A DNA stretch of 64,000 nucleotides from an uncultured virus (IMG/VR IMGVR_UViG_3300034200_001950) (Duplodnaviria > Heunggongvirae > Uroviricota > Caudoviricetes): the IMG/VR virus record IMGVR_UViG_3300034200_001950; one strand, given 5' to 3'. The notes under the pieces were generated by a model. It searched no databases and was not told the origin of the DNA. It saw only the letters and a list, made by a program, of their open reading frames with translations. Positions 1-10,406 of the stretch are shown piece after piece; positions within the stretch are counted from its first letter, which is position 1; every line of letters starts with the position of its first letter. The position numbers and the translations under genes are program-made.

Positions 1-231
1 CAAGGAAGTAACGTATACTTCGCCATGCTCTTTCTTCCAAATTTTAATTAAACCTGCTGTTGGTCCACCTGGCCAAATCTCTTCGTCATCAGGAAGATCT
101 TCAACCTCTTTGTTTTCTTCTTCTTCTAAATCCGAAAAATCATCTTGTTCCATAACCATCGCGTCGTCTTCAAGCATCTCTGCTGGAATCTGATCATTTG
201 GTTCAACTGAAACTTTTCTTTGGTTTGCCAT
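1..231 (-). CDS. Acidic protein, possible tail assembly chaperone (runs off window edge)
   Basis: Manual translation MANQRKVSVEPNDQ...IKIWKKEHGEVYVTSL; AGGAG RBS; WKxxHGxVY motif and position after tube genes resemble tail chaperones. Confidence 0.5.
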   Translation of the reverse strand, partial: MANQRKVSVEPNDQIPAEMLEDDAMVMEQDDFSDLEEEENKEVEDLPDDEEIWPGGPTAGLIKIWKKEHGEVYVTSL

Positions 232-299
232 TATCTTTTCTCCTGTCATAGACATTTGTTTTATATTCTATCATCATACCACACTAATTGTATCATTAT

Positions 300-1370
300 C
301 TAACCAAAAAATGGGTTATTTCCTCTTTCGGTGCTTCCGTTTAAACCAGAACCAGTTCCGCTAGTATGGGTGTTTGGAGTCGCCTGGTTTGCCCCACCAT
401 TTGCGTTGACTCCAGTTGGGTCTTGAACTATGTTTTGCAGTGGATTGCTTGATCCATCAGCAGCCGTGTAGTAAATGTCTCTTGCTATAAACTCGTAGCC
501 TTCTTGCAAGGGCGCACCGCTTGTGTCATAGCCAGTAGACATGCTCAGCAATTGTACATTTTGTAAAACAATTTTCATTGGAGTTACTTGATTACTTATC
601 TTAGTTAACCTGGTATTGTAATCTGTAGAAAGTAGTCTATCATGGTTGTCAGGCGGGTTTGCGTTGTTAGGAGCTTGCGTTGCACCTTTGTTAACTAAAC
701 CGTTTTCTTGAATACCATATATAATTATTATATTGAAAGGTGGATGCGCGCTAAAGATATGCTTATCGTCTGATGGAGAATTAGCAACTTTTGCTGGGTC
801 GTATGTAATTCTGTCTAATTGGCTTCTTGCCCAGTACTTTAATATATTTGCTTCATCTTCTGCGCTTTCTCCAGAAGAAGAAAGAACAGATATAACATTT
901 GCTTTATCAGCTGATACTCTCTTACCAACGCTTTCCGATCTGACTCTTGCAGCCTTTTCTAAAAGATCAGTCATTCTTCTTGGGTACCTAGAGTACACAG
1001 CAAGGTTGCCTGCTACGATTCTAGCACCATACATTATAGCATCGTAGTTGTAAGACCAAAAACCATACAACGGCTGCTTCTCTTGCTTGATAGAGAATGT
1101 CATACTAGAAATATCTAGCTCGTCGCCTGGATCAAACAATCCATCTATATAGACCTTAACGTCTTCTCCAGAAAAATAATAATCAAAATAATTACTAAAA
1201 TTCCTATCTTCTCTAGAAGTACCTGCCCATTTTAAATCAATGTCTTTGTCTAAAGGATCAAAAGAACTATCGGCAAAGGGAAAGCCTCTTTTTATGCCAT
1301 TTCTAGATATTACTCCGTCTGGTATATAACCACTAAAAGGCCTGTATGGACCCCTGTTATTTTCCGGCAT
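300..1370 (-). CDS. Tail tube-like / baseplate hub protein (paralogue 3)
   Basis: 356 aa; FSGEDV...FSIKQEKQPLYGF...GARIVAGNL aligns by eye with the two neighbouring tube-like ORFs. Confidence 0.55.
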   Translation of the reverse strand: MPENNRGPYRPFSGYIPDGVISRNGIKRGFPFADSSFDPLDKDIDLKWAGTSREDRNFSNYFDYYFSGEDVKVYIDGLFDPGDELDISSMTFSIKQEKQPLYGFWSYNYDAIMYGARIVAGNLAVYSRYPRRMTDLLEKAARVRSESVGKRVSADKANVISVLSSSGESAEDEANILKYWARSQLDRITYDPAKVANSPSDDKHIFSAHPPFNIIIIYGIQENGLVNKGATQAPNNANPPDNHDRLLSTDYNTRLTKISNQVTPMKIVLQNVQLLSMSTGYDTSGAPLQEGYEFIARDIYYTAADGSSNPLQNIVQDPTGVNANGGANQATPNTHTSGTGSGLNGSTERGNNPFFG

Positions 1371-1378
1371 TTGTCTTC

Positions 1379-2176
1379 CTAACTTAGAGGTATTGTTTTA
1401 TCAATAACGTTATGGTATTCTCTTGCTTTATCTCCAAAGAAGCCTTGAGATATTATAGCAGAGTTTACTCTCTTTTCAATTTCGTCAGGATAGGTGAAGC
1501 TATCGTCTGGGTCGTAATGGACAAGTGGCTGTATGCCTCTAGCCATATATGTATAAGTTTGTTCTGTAATAAGGTCATCTACAGACATTGTTTGTCCTTC
1601 GTCGATTATAGTCAAACCAAATATTTTCATTTTTCCATACAAACCATGTTCGTTAAAGAACGTTAATACTATATCAAAAGGTGGAAGCATGTCTGCTAAA
1701 GGAGAATACCCCAGCATAGAAAGCTTTCTTTTAAATTGCTTTATTCTATAGAAAGCATACTCGTTAAATACTGTAAATATTAATGACCCAGCAATTGTTC
1801 TAGGGCCCTTTACAAAACCTCTTGGGTTGACGTGTCCCAATGTTCTAACTGGCGTGTTCTCTCTATGCATCGAGTAAGATATTGTTTGGAGTTCAGCTAA
1901 CTCTATGACGTCGCCTTGATTATTTAGATTGCCATCTTCTGCCATATCCGGTATGACCATGGTGGCTGATATATCCACGCCAGCAAACGACATATTTGAA
2001 AATGGATCTGGAAGATTCTTTTCTCTTCTATACTTTTTAACGCTGTCTTCGTAAAGACTGTCTCTTGTAGTTTTGTTTATTTGAGCTATATCTATTTGAG
2101 ATGGTATAGTTATACCGCTAGTGTATTGCTCAAGTGGCCTGAATGACCCAGTATTCGGGATTGGTACTTGCGGCAT
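1379..2176 (-). CDS. Tail tube-like protein (paralogue 2)
   Basis: 265 aa; FAGVDI...ISYSMHRENTPVRTLG..NPRGFVKGPRTIAGSLIFTVF shared with 2275..2964. Confidence 0.6.
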   Translation of the reverse strand: MPQVPIPNTGSFRPLEQYTSGITIPSQIDIAQINKTTRDSLYEDSVKKYRREKNLPDPFSNMSFAGVDISATMVIPDMAEDGNLNNQGDVIELAELQTISYSMHRENTPVRTLGHVNPRGFVKGPRTIAGSLIFTVFNEYAFYRIKQFKRKLSMLGYSPLADMLPPFDIVLTFFNEHGLYGKMKIFGLTIIDEGQTMSVDDLITEQTYTYMARGIQPLVHYDPDDSFTYPDEIEKRVNSAIISQGFFGDKAREYHNVIDKTIPLS

Positions 2177-2196
2177 TGTATTTGTTTCTCCTTAAG

Positions 2197-2248
2197 AAAA
2201 GGGGCAAGCGCAGAGAGCGTACTCCCTACACTTGCCCCAAACTATTCT
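2197..2248 (-). terminator. Intrinsic terminator after tail tube gene
   Basis: GGGGCAAG...CTTGCCCC inverted repeat followed by a T-run on the minus strand. Confidence 0.65.
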
Positions 2249-2274
2249 TAAACAACTAAGAAGTTGTATTAGTG

Positions 2275-2964
2275 CTATGGTCTAATGATATCAGGGTTAA
2301 GCTTCGATTGCTTAACTGCGTCCTTTGAAATTATATCACCAAGATTTTCCGAATTCATCCTGAATAACTGGTCATTCGCAATCTTGTACATAGGGCCAAG
2401 TTCTCTAGCGACATATGTCATAGTTTCTTCTATAACTATATCGTCCATCGATGCACCAGAGCCTTCGTTAAGAAGTTCGCAACCATAGATTGATCTTGCA
2501 GCTGCCTGACCATATTCGTTAACAAAAGTAATTGTTATGTCGAAAGGTGGTATTTGGTCTGCGTAGAATGGAACCTTGCTTGTTACGTCTCTTGTCTGAT
2601 CTGTAAATTCTGCAATGCCTCTTCTATGGTTAGTGTCTCCAGGAAGAGTGTTATGGGCTCTTGTGAAGAACTTCATCTCGTCTGGTGTGTTGTGGTGCTT
2701 ATCAAGCATGGTGTACAGTGCTGGTCTGTCAAAAACTGTAAAGATTAATGATCCAGCGATACCACGTTTTCCTCTAGAAAAAGATCTAGGGTTTGGTGAA
2801 CCCATGGTATAAATTGGTGCCTTTTCTCTGGTGACAGAAAAAGTTATGCCCGAAAGCGCACCTATTTCAATTCCACCAAATGTTGCTACAATGTCAGCTC
2901 CAGAAAAAGTAGTATAAGTATTCAGATACTTATTAACTGGACTGTCGTAATATTCTCCTGCCAT
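2275..2964 (-). CDS. Major tail tube protein
   Basis: 229 aa directly downstream of the sheath, followed by a terminator; FSGADI...VTREKAPIYTMGSPNPRSFSRGKRGIAGSL. Confidence 0.7.
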   Translation of the reverse strand: MAGEYYDSPVNKYLNTYTTFSGADIVATFGGIEIGALSGITFSVTREKAPIYTMGSPNPRSFSRGKRGIAGSLIFTVFDRPALYTMLDKHHNTPDEMKFFTRAHNTLPGDTNHRRGIAEFTDQTRDVTSKVPFYADQIPPFDITITFVNEYGQAAARSIYGCELLNEGSGASMDDIVIEETMTYVARELGPMYKIANDQLFRMNSENLGDIISKDAVKQSKLNPDIIRP

Positions 2965-2994
2965 TTGAACCCTCCGTGATTCTTATCGGTTATG

Positions 2995-4278
2995 TTAGGC
3001 TAAGTTTACTGATAAACGCACTTCGATACTCTTTAGCTCGAAGGCTGGTGTTACTACAAGGTCGATTACCGCCTTATTCTCGTTCGCAATATACGAAACC
3101 GCAAAATCTGCGTCGAGTAGGGCACCTAATTGCATCATTCCTCGTAGAGCTGATGTGACTGCAGTTTCCATTGAGTTTCTAACTTGAATGGTAGAAGCCT
3201 CTCCGACGAACTTCTGGCATACTTGACGAACAAGCAAGGAGCACTCGCTTATTATTCTCATAGTAGAAATTCTAGTGTAGTCTGAAGTGTCTGCTGCAAA
3301 AGAAAGTCCTTCTGCAAAAATTGGAACTCTGTTAAAGTTTAACGCTACAGAGTTAATTCCCTTAGAACCAATAGATGCTTGCGCAACTCTTGATGGGTTA
3401 TATCTCATTGTCGTTATATTATAAAGTACTTTGTTAGATGGCGAAGTATAAGAAGCCAATCTTGTTAATGTACCAGCCAATGAAGCTGCTCCGTTTGAGT
3501 AACCCCAAGTTGAACTATAGCCTGTTGGGATAAGCTCGGAAGCAACAACGAACAAGTGCCTACCTGCTTCGGCAAGTCTGACATATATTATGTTACCAGC
3601 AGAGTCAGTTGTAGTAACAGCTATGTCCTGGTTCCTATCTGGAAGATTAGTCAAAGCCAAGTGGGTGCTGACAACTGATGGTGTCATAACTTCACTTGCT
3701 CCAAGATAAGGCTTAATACCCATAACTGCGAAGCAAGGGTGTGAGTTCTGCGAAATGTCTGCGCATTTTCTAGCTACTCTTGTAGCCATAGAATTATTTA
3801 CAGTTGCTGTGTCATCTGCGTAGAAGCCAAGAGTACCAGTATCTTCAGAAGGTGTAGCACCCCATTGTGTTGGGTGGCCACCACGACCCCAAGGGATAAT
3901 GATATCTGGCAAAACTGATTCTGCTGCTTCAAATGCTGCGTCGAAAACGCTTGTGCTGCTTGAAGTAATGTCTGCAGTTACTGATGAAGTACCTGGAACA
4001 AAAACAGTGTTTGATGGCAGTGGAACCATATAGATTCTTTCTGCACCTGATGCAACTAATTCAATAAATGCACGATGCAAGTCTGAGTTACTGCCGAAAG
4101 CAGTTATCGCATCTGCTTCGTTTGTCACTTGGACAGCGTCTAAATCTGGAACATTTCCAGTTCCAGCAGCGGTATTTCTTTTCGCTATTACAACTACTCT
4201 AGGTCCAACCGGAAGGTCCGAGCGAGAAATGCTATAAAAGCGATCTTTGATTATTGTTTTTACACCTGGAATAGCCAT
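2995..4278 (-). CDS. Tail sheath protein
   Basis: 427 aa; N-terminal MAIPGV, C-terminal RISTMRI...KFVGE...IDLVVTPAFELKSIEV typical of contractile sheaths. Confidence 0.75.
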   Translation of the reverse strand: MAIPGVKTIIKDRFYSISRSDLPVGPRVVVIAKRNTAAGTGNVPDLDAVQVTNEADAITAFGSNSDLHRAFIELVASGAERIYMVPLPSNTVFVPGTSSVTADITSSSTSVFDAAFEAAESVLPDIIIPWGRGGHPTQWGATPSEDTGTLGFYADDTATVNNSMATRVARKCADISQNSHPCFAVMGIKPYLGASEVMTPSVVSTHLALTNLPDRNQDIAVTTTDSAGNIIYVRLAEAGRHLFVVASELIPTGYSSTWGYSNGAASLAGTLTRLASYTSPSNKVLYNITTMRYNPSRVAQASIGSKGINSVALNFNRVPIFAEGLSFAADTSDYTRISTMRIISECSLLVRQVCQKFVGEASTIQVRNSMETAVTSALRGMMQLGALLDADFAVSYIANENKAVIDLVVTPAFELKSIEVRLSVNLA

Positions 4279-4324
4279 TTAGCTTCAACCTCCAAAATTG
4301 ATATTTAAAAATTAACTCATGGAG

Positions 4325-4332
4325 TATAGTAA
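4325..4332 (-). promoter_or_regulatory. Putative late promoter motif TTACTATA
   Basis: Same 8-mer recurs in about 10 intergenic gaps upstream of minus-strand genes. Confidence 0.6.
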
Positions 4333-4358
4333 CAAGCAAGTTATAAAAACAAACTACA

Positions 4359-5090
4359 TTAATAAGATGGAGTACTAGATTGATATAGGTCTATTAAATT
4401 AACTTCTGTACCAGTATAGTCAGGAGTAGATTTTAAGGTATTTGACATTTCCGTAGCCATATAAGACCTTATGTCGAGTATGATCTTTTCAATCCTAGAT
4501 ATGGTTGTAGCCCAAAGTTTTTCAGTAGTCAACATATAGGTGACTGTTCTTTTACAAACATCTATAGAGTTCCTAGAAGACTTAGAGTCAGCCATTCTTC
4601 TTGAGTATACAAACTCTGAAGCACCTAGTCTTTTAAAGACTGGAGTATGCTCCATCATGAAGTCTTCAAATACTTCAATTATTCTATCTGCTGCGTCTGC
4701 ACCGCTGTACCCGGGGTTTTCATCGTCTGGTATATCAGCCTTATTGGCTCTAGTATAGACGTTAAACCCTACGACATTTTGAAACCTTTGACCGTATATG
4801 ATCTCGTCGGCGTCTTTAGGCATGTGTCTAGTTCTTGGCTTTGGCTCTGAAGTATGGGTCCTCTTGAGTTCTAATGTATAAGTTATCATTGGATAGCTTG
4901 CGTACTGCCCGCCATCTTCTGGCTCAAGTGGTATTTGAGGATATGCGTTTTCCCATAGGGCTTTTACTAAAGCCATGAATTCAATATAACTTAAATTACC
5001 AGCCGCCTGAAGTGGATCGCCACTGTAAGACCTATTGGTTAAAATATCATTTTCGTTTAAGCCAGGCATTGAAAAAGAATTTTGTGGCAT
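4359..5090 (-). CDS. Virion structural protein, possible tail terminator/completion
   Basis: 243 aa ORF; position upstream of sheath. Confidence 0.4.
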   Translation of the reverse strand: MPQNSFSMPGLNENDILTNRSYSGDPLQAAGNLSYIEFMALVKALWENAYPQIPLEPEDGGQYASYPMITYTLELKRTHTSEPKPRTRHMPKDADEIIYGQRFQNVVGFNVYTRANKADIPDDENPGYSGADAADRIIEVFEDFMMEHTPVFKRLGASEFVYSRRMADSKSSRNSIDVCKRTVTYMLTTEKLWATTISRIEKIILDIRSYMATEMSNTLKSTPDYTGTEVNLIDLYQSSTPSY

Positions 5091-5092
5091 TG

Positions 5093-7072
5093 TTAAACTC
5101 CTGGTCCAGTTAGTATATTAAAACTTATTCTTTTTAGAGCATGAGACGATATTAAATCAATTTCTAAATATATCTTGCCCTTTTCTTTTTTATCCGCAAA
5201 GATCTCAAACCTGTAGTCTCTAACAATAGATGGAGTTGTGTTTTTTAAAACCTTAAACATTCCATTAACTTTTTCTTGTATTGTATCGTACGCAAATTTC
5301 CCTATGTTTGACTCTGCTATTAGTATAATTTCATTTATTATCATAGCGGCCAATCTTACTTGCGGGACGTTTGCAAAGCTAGAGCCATCTTTTGCTAAAG
5401 TTTTATCATCGGACAAAAGAATTTGGAATGGTATATTTCTTCTAGATCTATTATTTTTTACAAGAGTGTTTACCTTACTGCTGTGCAGTTTTGCCACATG
5501 CGCTGCATTCAACGGAACTCCAAAAGCAGAGTACGCACCTTTTAAAACTTTTCTATTCAAACCCATATACACTGGCCATTCAGATAACTGCCCAGCAACT
5601 GCCGCAGCTATTGAGTTAGTGTAAGTAAAGGATAATTGAGGATAATTAAAGACTGCCTCTCCATAATATAGTAAGATATATCTTCCAATATCTAGGTTAT
5701 TACCATCTATGTCTATTTCTTCTGGCAATGTCCCATTTGAATCTTTTAATATGTTTTTTAAAAAATCGATACTTGAGATAGTGTTAACATCTTCTTCGTT
5801 CATCCCTTTAGACCTAGAGCCAACAATGCCTATTCTTATCGCCGAAGTGTTTCTATAAACGTGATCGCAATGATCTGCTAGCTGTCTAACAAATTTAACT
5901 CCATCATTCCTTACAAAAGAAACTCCAACTGGAACTATTATATCTATAAAATCTACTTCTCTTGCATTGAGGTATGTTTTTTCTAATCTTTCATAATACT
6001 TTTCATAAAAAGTTAAAGAACTTGGTGTTGAAGAATTAGATATTAAATCAGGTCTTTTTTGGTTTACCATTGATTGATCTTCAATATACTCAGACATCGG
6101 AGCAGATATCATTATATAGATATCGCTACATCCTGCTGCTTGGCAATCGAAAACTGCCCTAAGGAGCGGTGAATTTTTGTTCCCACTCATTATATCTATT
6201 GCTTCTTGAAGAGAGTTTATTCTTCTTATTTCGTTAAGGCCTAACAGAGTCGAGTCAGCGTGACCAACTAATAAAACTGAATTTGTTCTACCTGGAACTA
6301 AGGTCTTGTATATCGCATTTACTTGTGTGCTATTAGAAAATATTGTCTGACTAGTTACCAAAGTTGGAGTATTGGATTTTTCCCTAAGAACAAGACCTGT
6401 TGAAGAAAGATTTGTTAAGTCAACGTCTTCTGCTTCTTTATACACCGAAAACTTGTCTGAAGACAAAACAGCACGAACTTGATATATTCCATCTAAAACT
6501 GGGTCTACATCAGTTATAGTTATTAGCTCTTCCGGTTTTAAGTCATGGGTATTGACTGTTGTTAAAGTTGCAATATTATCTTGTATTTGTTTGCTTTTTA
6601 TATATATTGGTTTTTTTGAATTTACATCTCTTACTTGAAAATATAATTCTCTGACTTCTCTTACGCCATCTATCTTTGCTTCTAAAACAATTGTATATTT
6701 ACCTGGAAAAAGTTTCTCTGGTATCGTATATACGAAATTATATACTCCTTTTGATTCTCTTGTTATATAATTTTTTTCCAACTTAGTTTTTAAATCAGGG
6801 CTTGTGTTAAATTGCGTTGTGATAGGTATACCGTAGTCAGGCACTAGCGACTGAGCGTTGTATGAAAAAGTGCCATCGACAATTCCACCGCCGCCATTTT
6901 CTCCCCTTATGACGTTTATTAATATATCACGAGTAGTGGAACCATAGAATGGCGTAGCGGATGTATTCCTTTGTGCCCAGTTGCTATCTATATAGATTGG
7001 GTCGTAGAACTCAGCATCTAGATTAAACAAGAACTTAAAAGTAACTTGTTGACCATTTGTATATAACGACAT
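5093..7072 (-). CDS. Second sheath-like protein with N-terminal beta/Ig-like domains
   Basis: C-terminal half resembles sheath (SIAAAVAG, KVNTLV, FANVPQVRL, IYLEIDL); ATG at 7072 abuts the upstream stop. Confidence 0.55.
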   Translation of the reverse strand: MSLYTNGQQVTFKFLFNLDAEFYDPIYIDSNWAQRNTSATPFYGSTTRDILINVIRGENGGGGIVDGTFSYNAQSLVPDYGIPITTQFNTSPDLKTKLEKNYITRESKGVYNFVYTIPEKLFPGKYTIVLEAKIDGVREVRELYFQVRDVNSKKPIYIKSKQIQDNIATLTTVNTHDLKPEELITITDVDPVLDGIYQVRAVLSSDKFSVYKEAEDVDLTNLSSTGLVLREKSNTPTLVTSQTIFSNSTQVNAIYKTLVPGRTNSVLLVGHADSTLLGLNEIRRINSLQEAIDIMSGNKNSPLLRAVFDCQAAGCSDIYIMISAPMSEYIEDQSMVNQKRPDLISNSSTPSSLTFYEKYYERLEKTYLNAREVDFIDIIVPVGVSFVRNDGVKFVRQLADHCDHVYRNTSAIRIGIVGSRSKGMNEEDVNTISSIDFLKNILKDSNGTLPEEIDIDGNNLDIGRYILLYYGEAVFNYPQLSFTYTNSIAAAVAGQLSEWPVYMGLNRKVLKGAYSAFGVPLNAAHVAKLHSSKVNTLVKNNRSRRNIPFQILLSDDKTLAKDGSSFANVPQVRLAAMIINEIILIAESNIGKFAYDTIQEKVNGMFKVLKNTTPSIVRDYRFEIFADKKEKGKIYLEIDLISSHALKRISFNILTGPGV

Positions 7073-7073
7073 A

Positions 7074-7454
7074 TTACACCGGCTTTTCTCTAGTTGCTCC
7101 AGCAACCCAATATTCTATCTTGCCAAATCTACCACGCATAGGTACTGCATAATCTATTAAGTATACCATTTGGCCATCTGGATGATTTTCTATATTTTCA
7201 TATATACGATCACCGGTTCTTGGATTAATGTTTGTTTCAAAATAGTATATCATTTCGACCGCATCCGGCGATGTTCCTTCTGACGATTCTCTTAAAAGGT
7301 TAACTAAATCTGAGTTTGCTGGGTACATATGTCTAGTCGTTACTCTTTCAAGGGTAGAAGAGTAGTTGAAGTCATTGTCTAATCTTCTTTGGATAAGAAC
7401 GTCATGACCCCATTTTTTTAGTATGTTTCTAAAAGTTCTACTTAAATCAGTCAC
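7074..7454 (-). CDS. Head-tail joining (closure-like) protein
   Basis: 126 aa; YYFETNINPRTGDRI pattern; synteny. Confidence 0.5.
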   Translation of the reverse strand: MTDLSRTFRNILKKWGHDVLIQRRLDNDFNYSSTLERVTTRHMYPANSDLVNLLRESSEGTSPDAVEMIYYFETNINPRTGDRIYENIENHPDGQMVYLIDYAVPMRGRFGKIEYWVAGATREKPV

Positions 7455-8355
7455 GACTTCTTAGGCCCCTCTTCGGCATTGGGTCGTCAACTACGCTACC
7501 CTTTCTGCCCGGACCATACAGTTCCCTATCTGAAAGATAAATAACAAGACCAGTGTCTGGGTCTATTTGCTTCCCAGAAGTCTTAGTTCCAAGTCCACTA
7601 GGAAGACCCTTTGGTTGAACGCCTCTCATAGAAACTTGAGAAGCTAAAAGTTCTTTTCTCAATGAGGCTGCAATTTGGCACCACGTTGTGGCGTTACCTC
7701 TATTGACTGACGATCTTGGCATTGACTTGTTGGTTACGCTAAGGTCTCCTAGTTTAAGGGAAAGCTCGTCATCGCCACCAAACCCATAGGTTCTACTAAG
7801 CTCGCAAGCAGAGGATGCCTTGATATACTCTACCGCTGTAAATGGCAAATCTGGGAATATATTTGAATCTTCTATTGAAAATATTTTTTTAACTTCAGTA
7901 GAATAATGATGTATTAGCTCTCCCACTTCGGTTAAGGAAGCATCAGGGAAAAAAGCTAATAGTTCTTCTGGGTCTAGATATAATGGCTCTACAACAGTGG
8001 TAAAACTTATTATCTCATCGCTACCTAGGGTTACTGTTGGCCTGTAATCGGTGGCCAAACTGTTGACATATATTTGCTGCGTAACTGTTATATAGGTTCC
8101 ATCTTGCAAAACACCAACAAACGTTATATTGTACTCTCCGGCTTTTGATGGGGTAAAATCAAAGTAATACTCAGAAGAAGTCAAAGACACTGGAGTTGTA
8201 TTTGAGACTGTTGAGTCATCAGGGTCTTTAATAATTAAAGTTACTCCACCCTGAATTGGGGATACGTTTACCTGCTGGCCACTTACTGGGTCAGTGTCTA
8301 CAAATTTTACTTTAAGACGTACTTTATCATTTATGATAATTGAAGTTAGTGTCAT
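7447..8355 (-). CDS. Head-tail adaptor-like protein with N-terminal Ig-like domain
   Basis: 302 aa; YYFDFTPSKAGEYNITF Ig-like strand, LKLGDLSV adaptor-like motif. Confidence 0.5.
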   Translation of the reverse strand: MTLTSIIINDKVRLKVKFVDTDPVSGQQVNVSPIQGGVTLIIKDPDDSTVSNTTPVSLTSSEYYFDFTPSKAGEYNITFVGVLQDGTYITVTQQIYVNSLATDYRPTVTLGSDEIISFTTVVEPLYLDPEELLAFFPDASLTEVGELIHHYSTEVKKIFSIEDSNIFPDLPFTAVEYIKASSACELSRTYGFGGDDELSLKLGDLSVTNKSMPRSSVNRGNATTWCQIAASLRKELLASQVSMRGVQPKGLPSGLGTKTSGKQIDPDTGLVIYLSDRELYGPGRKGSVVDDPMPKRGLRSRD

Positions 8356-8420
8356 TGGAGCCTCACTAAAAGAATTGTAATATTATAGTAACAGAAAACG
8401 TGAGATAAATCAGATAGCGG

Positions 8421-8702
8421 TTAAGAAACTGCGATTAAACCATGTCCTAAGTTTGAGAAACTAGTTATCCCGATAAGGGCACTTGCCGTTTCATCAACCA
8501 CGCTTACCGTGATAGTCCCGTCAGGTGCGGTATCTATACTTAAAACTGCAACCGTTGTATAATTTGAATAGTTTAATTGATTTACAGAAATAATGCTTAT
8601 ATTATTTAATGTAATTGGGTTTTCTAATGAGGGGGCATATATGATAACCGTGCCAGAATAAGTAGCGTTATTTTGGCTATAGGCAATTTCCATATTGTAC
8701 AT
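8421..8702 (-). CDS. Hypothetical protein
   Basis: 93 aa ORF with TTACTATA motif upstream. Confidence 0.55.
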   Translation of the reverse strand: MYNMEIAYSQNNATYSGTVIIYAPSLENPITLNNISIISVNQLNYSNYTTVAVLSIDTAPDGTITVSVVDETASALIGITSFSNLGHGLIAVS

Positions 8703-8770
8703 AAGTATGCTCTTTCAATTTGATCTACTAGCTATAGTAACTAACCTTAAGCCTAAAGATACTGCCATTT

Positions 8771-9628
8771 CTAGAATGGTTTATCGCCCTTAATTGTTAC
8801 CCTATGCATTACTCTTGTTTTACCCTTGTAGTCGAATAGGGCGTAGTGCTTGACTGATCTATTATCCCACATCGCAATCGAGTCTTTTTGCCATCTAAAT
8901 CTGCAGGTAAACTCTTCACTAGTGCAGTGATCAAATAAAAACTTAAGCAGTGTCTTTGATTCCTTTTTTGATAATTCGACTATCCTATTGGTGTATGAAT
9001 AATTCACAAATAATGCTTTACTGCCGGTTTCCGGATGAGTTCTTACAACTGGGTGAATAGCCTTTGTCGTAGCTTCCTCTTCATTTTTTGTATCTATAGA
9101 GTGAGAGTTTTTAGAATAATATCCATTACCAGCAAAGATTAGACTTGCATCATGAACTGCATGCAGGCCAGATAAAAAATCTTTCATACTGTCAGAAAGC
9201 GCATCGTAAGCGGCATGCTGGTTAGCAAATAAAGTATCTCCACCAAAATCAGGTACTTCTTTTGCGTGTAGAATTGTAGCCATATCTGGCTTTTCCATAA
9301 AGGTTACGTCATGATGCCAGTCGCCTCCAAAGTTAGCTGTAGTAGTTGGCTCTGTAAGCACTTTAATTATTTCGGGATAATTCTCTGCCCCGCCTATAAA
9401 AGGGTGAGTGTTAAGTTCTCCAAATTTTTTACCAAATGCTATCAGCTGTTCTTCGTTTATCTTTTGATCTCTAAAAAATAATACTTTGTGGTCTAACAAA
9501 GCTGAGCGTATACTAGACACTTGCTTTTCTTCTAGGTCTTTAGTTAAATCAAAGCCAGATACTTCTGCGCCAACACTACCTGAGACAGGATAAATTTCCA
9601 TAGTATTAACCATGTCTCTTTGCGTCAA
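8771..9628 (-). CDS. tauD: TauD/TfdA family dioxygenase
   Basis: WHHDVTF, GGDTLF, HPVVRTHPETG, WDNR..H motifs. Confidence 0.9.
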   Translation of the reverse strand: MTQRDMVNTMEIYPVSGSVGAEVSGFDLTKDLEEKQVSSIRSALLDHKVLFFRDQKINEEQLIAFGKKFGELNTHPFIGGAENYPEIIKVLTEPTTTANFGGDWHHDVTFMEKPDMATILHAKEVPDFGGDTLFANQHAAYDALSDSMKDFLSGLHAVHDASLIFAGNGYYSKNSHSIDTKNEEEATTKAIHPVVRTHPETGSKALFVNYSYTNRIVELSKKESKTLLKFLFDHCTSEEFTCRFRWQKDSIAMWDNRSVKHYALFDYKGKTRVMHRVTIKGDKPF

Positions 9629-10406
9629 TTATTTTTCTAGAATCAGATTCTAAATCTTTAAGCCAATCTAAATTTCCACCATCGTTTACTAGGCCGTCTG
9701 GGTTAGTTGGAATCCCGTAAGCAAAGAATTGCAAGAAAGCATATCTTTCTCCTGCAGTTACTGGTGTGACTTCGTGTGTCCCTATATAGTTAGACGGGTA
9801 TAGGACAACGCTTCCAGCCTTTGGGGCATAATCTAAATCAGCGTATTTAAATTTTATATGACCGCCACTAAAAGACCCATCTTCAACTTCTGATTCATTA
9901 TCTACGCAATCGTTTAAATATAATGCTGCGCTTATTACGTTATGAAATGGCATTGTTACCTTAGGAAGTTCAGTGAAATCAAACTGAACCCTATTGTCAC
10001 AATGTGGGCCTATCATTTTTCCTTCTGTGTAACCAGCTATATGACCGTGCCCTCTCCACCAGATGGTACTAGCTGCCTCTGTGTATATCGAGCAATACTG
10101 AACTAAGCACTTGTAGGTAGCATCTGCGCATGCTTTTACGAAATCTGTATATTCTGGTTTAGGCTTTCTGCCAGAGTGGGAACCAACAGTATCAGTAAAT
10201 CTATCCGGTGCAGTTTCCAAAGAGTTTAAGTTAAATTTAAATCCTGATCTATTGACTGCATGGCTGCCCTCCTCTGTTGTAACTTTTTGGAAAACTGATT
10301 CATCGTTTTCTCTTAGCCAATTTATGTATTCTTTTATAAAAGATTTATCTATATCCAAGGCGTTATCAAAGACGACGACACCATGTTTATGGTCTTTATA
10401 TTCCAT
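9606..10406 (-). CDS. 2OG-Fe(II) oxygenase (P4H-like)
   Basis: HCD...LYLND...GG...PSNYIGTHEV..V..GERY. Confidence 0.85.
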   Translation of the reverse strand: MEYKDHKHGVVVFDNALDIDKSFIKEYINWLRENDESVFQKVTTEEGSHAVNRSGFKFNLNSLETAPDRFTDTVGSHSGRKPKPEYTDFVKACADATYKCLVQYCSIYTEAASTIWWRGHGHIAGYTEGKMIGPHCDNRVQFDFTELPKVTMPFHNVISAALYLNDCVDNESEVEDGSFSGGHIKFKYADLDYAPKAGSVVLYPSNYIGTHEVTPVTAGERYAFLQFFAYGIPTNPDGLVNDGGNLDWLKDLESDSRKIIDAKRHG

